NCBI GenBank assembly: GCA_965218425.1
Contig: OZ244621.1
Location: 512,001-576,000, forward strand
Reading direction: 5' to 3'
DNA length: 64,000 bases
Source of the DNA: an uncultured Candidatus Binatia bacterium
GTDB taxonomy: Bacteria > Desulfobacterota > Binatia > UBA9968 > CAXXLF01
The notes under the pieces are model-generated. The model did not search any database, was not told the origin of the DNA, and saw nothing but the letters and a program-made list of their open reading frames with translations. Both the position numbers and the translations under genes were made by a program. Every line of letters starts with the position of its first letter. The stretch's first letter is position 1. This document shows, in pieces, positions 51,882-62,088 of this stretch.

Positions 51882-52979
51882 CTATGGGCGCATTCGTTCC
51901 CGCGCCCTTCGCATCGCGGCGCGAATCTTAGCCTCGTCAATTCCCAGGACGCGCACGGCGTTGGCAAAATCGGGCGGTGGCGGACCAATGGCGGCACGCA
52001 GATCATTCACCGAGACTCCAAGCTCTTCGGCGGCGGCCCTTAGCACTGCCCTGCGCCCCCTCCCTGGACCCGATCCTGGCCCACCTGGCCGTCGCTCATT
52101 GGCGCTGTTCTGTATAGAGACTTTTGTGAGATCGCCGCGAAAGCATCCCATGGTGTATGGATACGCTACGGTAAAATGATAATGAAAAACGGATTTGGAA
52201 TTTCCGTCCCATTTCACTTGATGGATGTGACCGTGACATTCATCCAGATCGTTGACCTGAAGCTCCTTTCCGCCCGCGCCGAAGAGACCGTAAATGCCAA
52301 AGCCGTCAATGGCGTACCCCAAAAGGTCACTGTGACCACCAGCCTCAGAACGGGTGTCGTTAATGCATTTCGAGTAATCGTGATAGTGATATTGGCCCGT
52401 ACGTTGGGGATGACCATTACACGAATCCTGAATCTCGTGGGCCGGTGCATCTCGGCCCTGGGCATCCAGGGCATTGTAAAGCGCAACGCCGGTCAAAGCG
52501 AAACCCACCATGCCCATGGGCACGCAGGTGGGAGCCGGCGCCAGGGTGGGCACGGCGGGAAGTACCATGATAATATCTTGTTCCTCGATGGAATTGGGGT
52601 TTCGATCGTATCGATAGGCGTCATCAGTCGGGCTGATGGGAAATCTGCCCGTTGCGTGTGTGGGAAGATTATTGGCGCGAACAAGCCTCTTGTCGCCCAC
52701 AACAGATACCGTAATCGAGGAATTGGGCCACATGATTTGACCGTCGACCCTGGGTTTGCCCGCCGGGTCCCAGGTGCCCGCATCAATCCATTCGCCGCGC
52801 CGGTGTGCTCCACCACCGAAAAACGAAGTCCGGCAGGAAAACACGTGGCCCAACTCCGGGGTCCGCGAGATTTTGCCGTCGCCCAGGGGCAAAGGATGTA
52901 CGTGGCCTGGACTGACTGACCCAATCGTTAAAATCAGCGAAGTTACAAGTCCAATGACGATTGACTTCACGACACACAT
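51882..52979 (-). CDS. YHYH-domain secreted protein
   Basis: CNGHP....YHYH, GYAIDGFGIYG, LDECHGH, FHYH, YPY.MGCF. Confidence 0.88.
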   Translation of the reverse strand: MCVVKSIVIGLVTSLILTIGSVSPGHVHPLPLGDGKISRTPELGHVFSCRTSFFGGGAHRRGEWIDAGTWDPAGKPRVDGQIMWPNSSITVSVVGDKRLVRANNLPTHATGRFPISPTDDAYRYDRNPNSIEEQDIIMVLPAVPTLAPAPTCVPMGMVGFALTGVALYNALDAQGRDAPAHEIQDSCNGHPQRTGQYHYHDYSKCINDTRSEAGGHSDLLGYAIDGFGIYGLFGAGGKELQVNDLDECHGHIHQVKWDGNSKSVFHYHFTVAYPYTMGCFRGDLTKVSIQNSANERRPGGPGSGPGRGRRAVLRAAAEELGVSVNDLRAAIGPPPPDFANAVRVLGIDEAKIRAAMRRARERMRP

Positions 52980-53023
52980 TTGACAGTCGACGGTTGCAGA
53001 CAGGGACCCGGATTTAAGTTCCA

Positions 53024-53440
53024 GTGATGGGTCCCATGTCCGGTCGATACCTCATCAATAGGAGACTCTACATTATTGGCTGGGTATACCGACGCAGCGG
53101 GTATATTTGTCGATGTGACCAAACCCATGTCGTCGCTAAGAAAAAGCAACCGCCAAAGCCGGGTGAAACGGTTAGCCGGGTTAAAAAGAGACCTCAACGC
53201 CAACTTCCGGCAGAAACCTCACCGAAGGAAACTATCCTTAGCAGAATCGATGTTGACGCGGTCACATCCTATACCGGTCGATGGGTCAATACGATGACGA
53301 AGGACGGCATCGAACGAGAGGGTAAGATCCTGGATGTGGCGGACGAATCGCTGCGCATCGAACAAAATTTTAATTTCGGTTCAATGACCACCGACGCCAA
53401 GTCTCGCGAGATATTGGACCTTCTCGTCTCGGATTCGTAA
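53024..53440 (+). CDS. Hypothetical protein, probably a C-terminal fragment
   Basis: Only the C-terminal ~70 aa look protein-like; family not recognised. Confidence 0.3.
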   Translation: MMGPMSGRYLINRRLYIIGWVYRRSGYICRCDQTHVVAKKKQPPKPGETVSRVKKRPQRQLPAETSPKETILSRIDVDAVTSYTGRWVNTMTKDGIEREGKILDVADESLRIEQNFNFGSMTTDAKSREILDLLVSDS

Positions 53441-53514
53441 TAGCAATAGTAAGACCCTTCAAACAGTTCGAATAGTTTAATTCGTTCAATCCTTCCCAAT
53501 CCGAATTACTACGC

Positions 53515-54096
53515 CTACATCAAGACCACATTGGCGCCTCTCGATTTATAGGTGTGTCTTTTCACCCGATCGAGCTTCTGTGCTTCAAGCCGAATGATTT
53601 TACTTGGACCGTCACCTGCAGGGCCGGTCATGTGGATCTCGCCAGGAAGAAAAAAGGCGGCTTGACCCGTATCCTGGGTAAAGCGGTCGTATTCTTTCAG
53701 CTCCGGTGTTTTCCGGTCCCCGTTCTCCGGACAGGTCCAGCGGAACTTCACCTGTTGAGTAGCGCCCTTAAACACGCCATAGACCACAAAAGAGGCACCA
53801 TGGTCATGGGGATAGCGTTCACGTGAACCGCCCTGTGCATTGGGATCAGGGATAGAGATCATGAGGCAAAAACCCGGATCTGGATGTCCATGCTCCGGAT
53901 CCACATGGAGATCAATTCGTCCCGTGCGACCGGCGGCCCTCTTTTGGATTTCGTCCGGGAGGCCGGGTGAAAGCAGAAGATTCTCCATGTGCTTGGAGAT
54001 GGCCCCCGCTTGCGCGCGCGGGTCCTCCGTGCCCGCAAAGACCTTCTTCACATCCTCGATAAACCGATCAATGGTATAGGTACTGGATTCTGACAT
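53515..54096 (-). CDS. Cupin protein with a cysteine-dioxygenase-like 3-His pattern
   Basis: PHDHG...VVYGV..G and GEIH; GGAGG RBS before ATG 54096. Confidence 0.6.
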   Translation of the reverse strand: MSESSTYTIDRFIEDVKKVFAGTEDPRAQAGAISKHMENLLLSPGLPDEIQKRAAGRTGRIDLHVDPEHGHPDPGFCLMISIPDPNAQGGSRERYPHDHGASFVVYGVFKGATQQVKFRWTCPENGDRKTPELKEYDRFTQDTGQAAFFLPGEIHMTGPAGDGPSKIIRLEAQKLDRVKRHTYKSRGANVVLM

Positions 54097-54299
54097 GGCT
54101 AAACCTCCTTTAGATTCAATGGGTTCATACCGATCAAGTTGACAATCTACCGCCAAGCGCAAGGGAATATCAAGGGATTTATGGCGGAGGGATCCGGTCC
54201 ATTCCTGGCAACGGGGACGTCTTGTACCAACCATCCGACTTCCGCTAGTGATCCGTGGAGATTATGCTAGAATAACTTGCATTCGCAGTCAAATGGGCA

Positions 54300-57200
54300 G
54301 TGATGGGAGATTCCGTAAAGCAAATCCAAGATCTCATTTCTGAGAGAATTCTCCTCTTCGATGGTGCCACCGGGACCATGATCCAGGCCCTTAACTTGGA
54401 TGAACAGGACTTTCGTGGGAAGCGTTTTGCCAACCATAACCGACCTCTCAAGGGATGCAATGATCTACTTTCGGTCACTCAACCGGCGGCTATTGAGAAA
54501 ATCCACCGGCAGTATTTAGAGGCCGGTTCCGACATCATCGAAACCAATACCTTCAATTCCAACGTTATTTCTCTTGCGGACTACGGATTGGAGGAAGAGG
54601 CCTACAATATCAATGTGGCGGCGGCAAAGGTGGCGCGCAGGGCAGTTGAAGAGGCTAATCGGCAAACTCCGGATAAACCTCGACTCATCGCCGGCGCAAT
54701 CGGGCCCACAAACCGAACCGCTTCCCTTTCTCCCGACGTCAATAATCCGGCCTTCCGTGCGGTTACCTTCGATGAACTGGTCCAGGCATATTCTGAACAG
54801 GTGCGTGGATTGCTCGATGGGGGCGTGGACCTCCTTCTTCCCGAGACCACTTTCGACACCTTAAACCTCAAGGCTTGCCTGTTCGCTATAGATCATCTGC
54901 TGGAGGAACGTGGCGTTCGCATTCCTGTCTTCGCCTCGGTAACCATTACCGACAGAAGCGGGCGAACCCTTTCCGGACAAACTCTCGAAGCCTTTCTCGC
55001 TTCCATCTCCCACGCGGATCTGGTCGCGGTAGGAATGAACTGCGCTCTGGGGCCGGATTTGATGTCTCCCTATGTTGAAGAGCTGGCGCGCCTCTCCCCT
55101 CTTCCGGCTTTTGCGTATCCCAACGCCGGGTTGCCCAACGAATTTGGCGGCTATGACATGGGTCCAGACGAATTGGCCGGTGCTCTCAAAAATTGGGTTG
55201 ACGAAGGGTGGGTCAATCTGCTCGGCGGTTGCTGCGGCACCAAACCCGAGCACATCGCTGCCATTGCTGAAGTCCTTCGGGGCGCACGCCCCCGGAAACC
55301 TCCCGAGCCGGACTATTTCACTCACTTGAGTGGTCTCGAGGAGTTAACCATTCGACCGGAATCAAATTTCATCATGATCGGCGAACGCACCAACGTGGCG
55401 GGCTCACGGAAGTTTGCCCGTTTGATCCGCGAAGAGAATTACGAGGAGGCCCTCGCCGTGGCCAAAGAGCAGATTGAGGACGGCGCCAATCTCATCGACG
55501 TGAACATGGACGAGGGAATGCTCGACTCGGTCAAAGCCATGCGGGTATTTCTCAATCAGATCGCCGCCGAACCCGATATCGCACGCGTGCCCATTGTCAT
55601 CGACAGTTCCAACTTTGAAGTCATTGAGGCGGGACTCAAATGCGTCCAGGGAAAGACAGTGGTCAACTCCATCTCCCTCAAAGAGGGGGAAGAGGAGTTC
55701 AAGCAGCGCGCGCGCCTCGTCAAACGCTACGGGGCGGCGGTGGTGGTCATGGCCTTTGACGAGGAAAAACAGGCTACGACCGTGGAGGACCGAATTCGCG
55801 TGGTTAAACGTTGCCACAAAATCCTTACAGAAGAGATCGGATTCGATGAAAGCGACATAATATTCGACACCAACATCCTTGTCGTAGCCACGGGAATCGA
55901 AGAGCACAACGACTATGCCATCAATTTCATCGAAGCCGCACAGCAGATCAAAGAGCTCTTTCCCCGCTGCCACCTCTCCGGCGGCGTGAGCAACCTCTCC
56001 TTTTCCTTCCGGGGAAACGATACCATCCGTGAGGCAATGCATTCCGCCTTTCTCTACCACGCCATCCAGGCCGGCATGGACATGGGCATAGTGAATGCCG
56101 GGCAACTAGCCGTCTATGAGGAGATCCCCGAGGACCTGCTTAAGGTGGTGGAAGATGTTTTGTTCAATCGTCGCGCCGACGCCACGGAACGACTGTTGGA
56201 ATTCGCCGAGGGAGTCAAAGGTATTAAAAAAGAGGTTGAAGTAGAGACGGGTAGGGAGAATGAGGACGTTGACCATCGTCTTTCCCACGCCGTCCTCAAA
56301 GGAATCACAGAATACATCGAGACTGATTTGGAGGAGGCGCTCAAAAAGTACGACCGGCCCTTGCAAATCATCGAGGGCCCTCTCATGAACGGCATGAGCG
56401 TGGTGGGAGATCTATTTGGCGAGGGGAAAATGTTTCTCCCCCAAGTGGTGAAAAGCGCGCGGGTGATGAAAAAGGCCGTCGCTTATTTGACTCCGCTTAT
56501 CGAGGCGGAGAAACAGGCGGTGGATCAAAATCAGGCCAGGAAAAAGATCGTTATGGCCACAGTAAAGGGTGACGTCCATGATATCGGAAAGAATATCGTA
56601 GGGGTGGTGCTTGGATGCAACAATTATGAAGTCGTCGATCTTGGGGTGATGGCTCCCTCGGACAAGATCATCAATACCGCAATCGAAGAGAAAGCCAACG
56701 TGGTTGGCCTAAGCGGTCTCATTACGCCGTCTTTGGATGAGATGGTTCACGTGGCAAAGGAAATGGAGCGTCGAGGCATGGACGTCCCCCTATTAATCGG
56801 TGGCGCCACCACCAGCAAGAGACACACGGCCGTCAAGATCGCCCCCTCCTACCGCCATGAGACCATCCATGTCATCGATGCCTCACGGGCGGTACCCGTT
56901 ATGGGCAATCTCATGAGCCCCGAATCCCGTAAGGCCCTAGATGTGCAAAACCGGGCTGAACAAAAAAAGATCGTTGCTGACTTCGAGGGGAAACAAGCGG
57001 CACCATTATTGACTTACGAGGAGGCCGTGCGACGTAAAAAACATAACGAATGGGACGAGTCGCACATCGCGGTGCCAACCTTTACCGGCCGCAAACAACT
57101 CCGTGAATTTCCTCTGTCGGAACTTGTTCCATTCATTGATTGGTCGCCGTTTTTTCACGCGTGGGAGATAAGGGGAAGCTTTCCCGGGCTTCTGGACGAT

Positions 57201-57983
57201 CCAACGAGGGGGCCCGCGGCAAAGGAGTTGTTTGCCAATGCCAAAGAGCTCTTACAGGAGATTGTGGAAAATAAATTACTCACCGCGCATGCTGTTTACG
57301 GCCTCTATCCCGCCAACAGCGAGGGTGATGATATTGTTCTCTACACTGACCCCTCCCGCTCTCGGGAACTCAAACGCTTCCATACCCTCCGCCAGCAAAA
57401 AGAAAACCAACGCAACGCCTCCCAGATGGCCCTTGCGGACTTCATTGCCCCGCGAAGCACCGGCTTGGTGGATTACATGGGTGCATTTGCCGTAACCGCA
57501 GGACACGGCGCTGAAAAACTGGTGGAGCGTTTTGAAAAAGACCACGATCAGTATAATTCCATTATGGCAAAGGCCCTGGCCGACCGGCTTGCCGAAGCAT
57601 TTGCCGAATATCTACACAAGAGGGTCCGGATTGAGTGGGGCTACGGCAAAGAGGAGAACCTGACCAACCAGGAACTAGTGGCCGAGCTTTATCGGGGCAT
57701 CCGCCCCGCCCCGGGTTATCCCGCTTGCCCTGACCACACTGAGAAATCCATCCTCTTTGAGCTCCTGGACGTCGAAAAGGCTACTGGTATTACCATGACG
57801 GAACACTATGCCATGCTTCCCCACGCCACAGTGTGCGGTTTGTATTTCGCCCATAAAGAGTCCCGCTATTTTGCTGTGGGTCCATTGGATAAGGATCAGG
57901 TGGAATCCTACGCCCAGCGCAAAGGAATGAGCATCCCTGAAACGGAACGCTGGCTTTCCCCCAACCTGGGCTACGAACCCTAA
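54300..57983 (+). CDS. metH: Cobalamin-dependent methionine synthase
   Basis: [34 protein letters not shown]; 1227 aa. Confidence 0.98.
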   Translation: MMGDSVKQIQDLISERILLFDGATGTMIQALNLDEQDFRGKRFANHNRPLKGCNDLLSVTQPAAIEKIHRQYLEAGSDIIETNTFNSNVISLADYGLEEEAYNINVAAAKVARRAVEEANRQTPDKPRLIAGAIGPTNRTASLSPDVNNPAFRAVTFDELVQAYSEQVRGLLDGGVDLLLPETTFDTLNLKACLFAIDHLLEERGVRIPVFASVTITDRSGRTLSGQTLEAFLASISHADLVAVGMNCALGPDLMSPYVEELARLSPLPAFAYPNAGLPNEFGGYDMGPDELAGALKNWVDEGWVNLLGGCCGTKPEHIAAIAEVLRGARPRKPPEPDYFTHLSGLEELTIRPESNFIMIGERTNVAGSRKFARLIREENYEEALAVAKEQIEDGANLIDVNMDEGMLDSVKAMRVFLNQIAAEPDIARVPIVIDSSNFEVIEAGLKCVQGKTVVNSISLKEGEEEFKQRARLVKRYGAAVVVMAFDEEKQATTVEDRIRVVKRCHKILTEEIGFDESDIIFDTNILVVATGIEEHNDYAINFIEAAQQIKELFPRCHLSGGVSNLSFSFRGNDTIREAMHSAFLYHAIQAGMDMGIVNAGQLAVYEEIPEDLLKVVEDVLFNRRADATERLLEFAEGVKGIKKEVEVETGRENEDVDHRLSHAVLKGITEYIETDLEEALKKYDRPLQIIEGPLMNGMSVVGDLFGEGKMFLPQVVKSARVMKKAVAYLTPLIEAEKQAVDQNQARKKIVMATVKGDVHDIGKNIVGVVLGCNNYEVVDLGVMAPSDKIINTAIEEKANVVGLSGLITPSLDEMVHVAKEMERRGMDVPLLIGGATTSKRHTAVKIAPSYRHETIHVIDASRAVPVMGNLMSPESRKALDVQNRAEQKKIVADFEGKQAAPLLTYEEAVRRKKHNEWDESHIAVPTFTGRKQLREFPLSELVPFIDWSPFFHAWEIRGSFPGLLDDPTRGPAAKELFANAKELLQEIVENKLLTAHAVYGLYPANSEGDDIVLYTDPSRSRELKRFHTLRQQKENQRNASQMALADFIAPRSTGLVDYMGAFAVTAGHGAEKLVERFEKDHDQYNSIMAKALADRLAEAFAEYLHKRVRIEWGYGKEENLTNQELVAELYRGIRPAPGYPACPDHTEKSILFELLDVEKATGITMTEHYAMLPHATVCGLYFAHKESRYFAVGPLDKDQVESYAQRKGMSIPETERWLSPNLGYEP

Positions 57984-58013
57984 CCCAATTACCATAGATA
58001 TGGGTCTCCCCTT

Positions 58014-58808
58014 CTACCGACTGGTGGGCCAATAGCGGCCCTTCTTTTCGGTAAGAGTCAAAGTAACGCTATACAGTTTTCTTAAGACATCTTGTTTCAA
58101 GAGCGCGCTTGTAGTCCCGGCCTCAAGCACCCTACCCTTCTTCAAGATCAGCATTTTTTTAAAGAGAGGAAGGATTTCTTCGATGTGGTGGGTTACGTAG
58201 ATGAGAGCCGGAACCTGTTTCTGACGACCAAGCTCTCGGAGACTTTCTAGAAAATTCTCCCTTCCACCCGGGTCCATTCCAGCGCACGGCTCATCGAGAA
58301 ATATTAGATAAGGTTTGGTCATGCGCGCCCGGGCGATGAGAACCTTTTGCTGTTCCCCTTGGGACAGGGTACCAAACTCTTGCTCCAACAGACCGGCACA
58401 GCCCATCTGGACTAAATATTCCTCGGCCTGGGAATAATCCTTTTTGGTGGGCCTTCCCCAAGGACCTTCCAGAAGTCCAATTTGAGCAAACTTTCCAGAT
58501 ACCACGGTCCTCAAGATTTTCTCGCGGGATGGCATCTCGAATGGCAGCGTGGAAGTCACCCAACCAATGCTCTTTCTGAGATCTCGAAGATTGATCAGGA
58601 CTTCTCCATTACGGTAGATTTCACCGCCGTCATTTGGCCAAATGTAACCGCAAGCAGCCTTGAGAAGAGTTGTTTTCCCCGATCCATTGGACCCAAGAAT
58701 CACCCAGTGCTCTCCCTGTTCAACCGTCCAGTCAACGGAATCCAGGATTTTTTTCCCGTCCACGGTATAAGAAACGTTGTGTAGTTCCAGGGCGGGGATC
58801 TTTTTCAT
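58014..58808 (-). CDS. ABC ATP-binding protein (ModF/YlmA-like)
   Basis: GSNGSGKT, LSQGE, LDEP, VTHH. Confidence 0.88.
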   Translation of the reverse strand: MKKIPALELHNVSYTVDGKKILDSVDWTVEQGEHWVILGSNGSGKTTLLKAACGYIWPNDGGEIYRNGEVLINLRDLRKSIGWVTSTLPFEMPSREKILRTVVSGKFAQIGLLEGPWGRPTKKDYSQAEEYLVQMGCAGLLEQEFGTLSQGEQQKVLIARARMTKPYLIFLDEPCAGMDPGGRENFLESLRELGRQKQVPALIYVTHHIEEILPLFKKMLILKKGRVLEAGTTSALLKQDVLRKLYSVTLTLTEKKGRYWPTSR

Positions 58809-58957
58809 AGCTACATCCATCTTCCAAAAGTACGACGCACCGGGCTTAATCACATGGAGGATCAGAGAGGCTGACGGCTGCAGAATCAGAGAGGGTAAGG
58901 CGAAAGAGTTGATCCCAATAGAATTTGTAATTCGGAACCGAAAAAAGTTGCTGATCC

Positions 58958-60505
58958 TTACTTCCGCGTGCGTCTCATGGCTTTTCCCAAGGCTACCAAG
59001 AACATCACGCTCTTGCCAGCCGCGTGGGGTGAAAAGAACTCCGTCACGTCGTCATCGAAAAAGGTAAGACCGGAGGCCCCGAGGCGTTGGGCATAGGCGG
59101 ACAGATAGAGTCTTCCGCCGGCAATACCGGCTTCTAACTGGGCCGCGCGATAACCGCGGTTCCCCAACCGTTCCAAGATCAGGTTGAGATCCGCCAAAAA
59201 GAAAACATCGACGCTGGCATCGGCAGGTATCTCTTGACCCAACCCCAGGTGCCCCGCTTCCTGCCTGAAATTGCCCTCCTTTATCAGTTCAAGGGCCAAG
59301 TCGTCTCGGTGAAACACATACGCACCGGGGGATAGCTCATCCACTGCGTTGACGATGAGGTATAGTTCGTTCAAGGCACCACCATTGGAAAAATCACCGG
59401 GGATGCGAGCCGTGGCTAGCTTGAGCATGGTTGAGAGTTGGGCAAAGGTAATGCTTTCATGAGCAAACTGTCGGGTGGAGCCGCGACGAACAATGACCTG
59501 CTCTATGGTATCTCCCGGCGTCTCCTCCGGGGGATGAGGTCGTAGAGATATGATGGGTCCACTGGGCTTTCCCTCTTTTTTGCTTGGGTCGCCGCCTGAA
59601 GACTGCTGGCGCCAGGTGGCAACTTCTTCCCGGCTTTCCAAAGACGACGCCCTGTGCATATTTCGGATGGCTGGATAGTCAACTTCGTTATTGGATAGAG
59701 CCATGGTCTCCAAATGAAGCGGCCCCATGTCGGGCGAAGGGACAGGCGGCGCAGATGCAGCGTCTCCAAGGGGGACTAGGGTCAGAGCACCTTCACGCTC
59801 AGGGTCGAGACCCAAAAGTTCAGCAAGGGCTCTGTCCACGAAACCCACGACCACACGGGATCTCACTCTGCGCGCCGCCGTTGCGGCCAACAGGTTAGCC
59901 AGAATCGTACCGCTGTCCCAAAAGCAATGACGATAGGCTCGATCCTGGTATTTCCACGAGTTGCGCCAGTAGGTGGAGGCACACACCAACGTCGCCGGGG
60001 CACTGGCCACGGAGGGTTCTTGACCACTGGCCTCTATAACAACGGAGCGGTAATCCCCGGGGCGGAGCTTTCTAAGCGTAAAGTCGTTGGGACTGAAATG
60101 ATAGACCCCTGCTTTCAAATCGGATAGTTCACCTGTGATCAGGTAGAGATCAATGTGATAGAGCGCCCCAGTACACGCAGCCGCACGAAAAAGAATCTCC
60201 CCTCCTGGATAGGCCTTTCGTTTGGTAACCCCAGCGGAGAAATGAAGGATCTCCGCTAAAATCTGTCTATTGATATTGGGTTGACCATTTTGCGTAGAGC
60301 CTGTGATCGAGACTGCGGTGAGAGCAGGAATCCCGGAAGAGGAAAGGTCCTGGGGTATGGGGATGGCGTCAAGCGTGGAGTAGATTTTAAAAGGGAGTGG
60401 CTGGTTTTCCCAGTCCAGGAAATGCGGGTTGGTGCGTATGCTGTAAAACGAATGTTTGGTACGATTATGATAATCCCATGCGGCTTCGAGTTCGCGGTTA
60501 TTCAT
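58958..60505 (-). CDS. SagB/ThcOx-like protein with two nitroreductase domains
   Basis: YH..TKH, R...GALY, WKYQDRAYR...DSG, second domain RRGSTRQF..RGYRAAQLEAG. Confidence 0.88.
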   Translation of the reverse strand: MNNRELEAAWDYHNRTKHSFYSIRTNPHFLDWENQPLPFKIYSTLDAIPIPQDLSSSGIPALTAVSITGSTQNGQPNINRQILAEILHFSAGVTKRKAYPGGEILFRAAACTGALYHIDLYLITGELSDLKAGVYHFSPNDFTLRKLRPGDYRSVVIEASGQEPSVASAPATLVCASTYWRNSWKYQDRAYRHCFWDSGTILANLLAATAARRVRSRVVVGFVDRALAELLGLDPEREGALTLVPLGDAASAPPVPSPDMGPLHLETMALSNNEVDYPAIRNMHRASSLESREEVATWRQQSSGGDPSKKEGKPSGPIISLRPHPPEETPGDTIEQVIVRRGSTRQFAHESITFAQLSTMLKLATARIPGDFSNGGALNELYLIVNAVDELSPGAYVFHRDDLALELIKEGNFRQEAGHLGLGQEIPADASVDVFFLADLNLILERLGNRGYRAAQLEAGIAGGRLYLSAYAQRLGASGLTFFDDDVTEFFSPHAAGKSVMFLVALGKAMRRTRK

Positions 60506-60522
60506 AGAAACTGCAACGCACC

Positions 60523-61665
60523 TCAGGCAATCTCAAGGAACTCTTCCACTGCAATGGAGTCCCTGTTCGGCTCACGGTAAACATTCATTAGATCTCCACC
60601 CCTTTCCATCAGCTCAATCTGATTCATTAATAGCTGACGGTAAAGGGCGATTCCCTTGTCGGAAGTCGCAAGGTGCTCGGTCTCACGGCTGGCCACTTCT
60701 CCCTGAGTCACTACAGCCATGTGGTCTTGACCGTTGGCGGTGTCCAGAAGGAAATTTCCGCTGTCGTTCATTCCCGGCACGTTCACGAAATGAGGCGTTT
60801 CCTCCCAAGGAATGGAGAACCCTGTCCTCTCAGCCAAATACACCACAAACCACGTGCGGGTATCATCCAGTGGAAGCACGAAATTGATTACCTTACTGTT
60901 CTCAACCGATCCAACCAGTGTCGTGGCGGGGAAAAAAGTCGGCGCTCCAACTTTCCAACTGATTTCCTTATCGCTTCCGACCATGTGTCGCTCGATGATA
61001 CCGTTTTCAAACAGATCGAAGGCAATCCTCTGAATCGGTTTCGGAGCGTAGTGGCCCAGGAATTCCTCCAGTTGACCTCCCCCCTTGATTCGAAGGACAT
61101 GTTCAAAAAAACGGCCGTGAAGAAACTCCACATGGTAGGGGTCAAGAAGATTTTCCATCACCTGCAGCCAATTGCACTGGATCACCGTGCCGTTGATCTC
61201 ACGCACGGCATCGTCCCAAACCAGCGTGTTGTAACGGGGCAATCTAGGCACCGGCTCAGGTCCTAGGTAAGCAAAGATTAGCCCGCCCAATTCCTGAGCA
61301 GGATACTCCCTTGTCCTCACCCGGTCCCTGAAAAAACCTCGCAATGGGCTCAACGGTCGATCCACACACCCGCCTATGGAGTTAAACAACCAGCCCTGGT
61401 AGGACCAGCGCAGATTTTTATGCTCCGGTATGCTGTGCGCCAGAGACCCATTCCTATGGACCGAAGACTCGGCCAGAACCCGTACCCGGCCTTTTTTATC
61501 CCTGCAAACGATTAACGGCTCGCTCAGGACATTGATCTTCTTTACCTGACGATTGTTTAGCTCCGCGACCGCCGCCACTGGATGCCAGTAACGGCGCATG
61601 AGGTGCCCCATGGGGGTACTGGGTCCCACCCGAGTCAATGTCTCGTTTTGTCCTTGAGTCAGCAT
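60523..61665 (-). CDS. Rieske oxygenase-like protein (phthalate 4,5-dioxygenase type) with degenerate Rieske ligands
   Basis: TRVGP.TPMG.LMRRYW.P, CNWLQ.MEN..DP.H...LH, EHL..SD.G. Confidence 0.85.
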   Translation of the reverse strand: MLTQGQNETLTRVGPSTPMGHLMRRYWHPVAAVAELNNRQVKKINVLSEPLIVCRDKKGRVRVLAESSVHRNGSLAHSIPEHKNLRWSYQGWLFNSIGGCVDRPLSPLRGFFRDRVRTREYPAQELGGLIFAYLGPEPVPRLPRYNTLVWDDAVREINGTVIQCNWLQVMENLLDPYHVEFLHGRFFEHVLRIKGGGQLEEFLGHYAPKPIQRIAFDLFENGIIERHMVGSDKEISWKVGAPTFFPATTLVGSVENSKVINFVLPLDDTRTWFVVYLAERTGFSIPWEETPHFVNVPGMNDSGNFLLDTANGQDHMAVVTQGEVASRETEHLATSDKGIALYRQLLMNQIELMERGGDLMNVYREPNRDSIAVEEFLEIA

Positions 61666-61705
61666 GCAATGGACCGACGATCCTATTGCGACAACCTAGG
61701 GCACA

Positions 61706-62029
61706 TTACTTCTCGTTGGCCTCTTTTAGAAGAGGGGCAAGCTCACCCCGCTCGTGCATTTCGTGAATGATATCGCAGCCTCCGATAAACTGACCCTTGA
61801 CATAAACCTGTGGAATGGTTGGCCATTTGGAGTACTGCTTGACCCCCTCACGAACCTGTGGATCCTCGAGCACATCGACTGTCTCAAATGGAACTCCATA
61901 GGATTGTAAAATTTCCATAGTATGCGCCGAGAAGCCACATTGCGGGAATTGAGGGTTCCCTTTCATGAACACCAGCACGTTGCTCTTCTTGACCTGCTCC
62001 TCGATCTTTTTGATTACGTCGTCTGCCAT
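61706..62029 (-). CDS. grxD: Monothiol glutaredoxin
   Basis: FMKG.P..PQCGFS, WPTIPQ, FIGGCD. Confidence 0.96.
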   Translation of the reverse strand: MADDVIKKIEEQVKKSNVLVFMKGNPQFPQCGFSAHTMEILQSYGVPFETVDVLEDPQVREGVKQYSKWPTIPQVYVKGQFIGGCDIIHEMHERGELAPLLKEANEK

Positions 62030-62088
62030 GTGAATCCCTCCTCGCTTTTTTATAATAATTTAATTCTTTCCTGACTGTCTAGCTCCAC

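Noticed and set aside
58958..60505. RiPP (azole) biosynthetic cluster around the SagB-like gene
   Set aside because: No YcaO, E1-like protein or precursor peptide nearby
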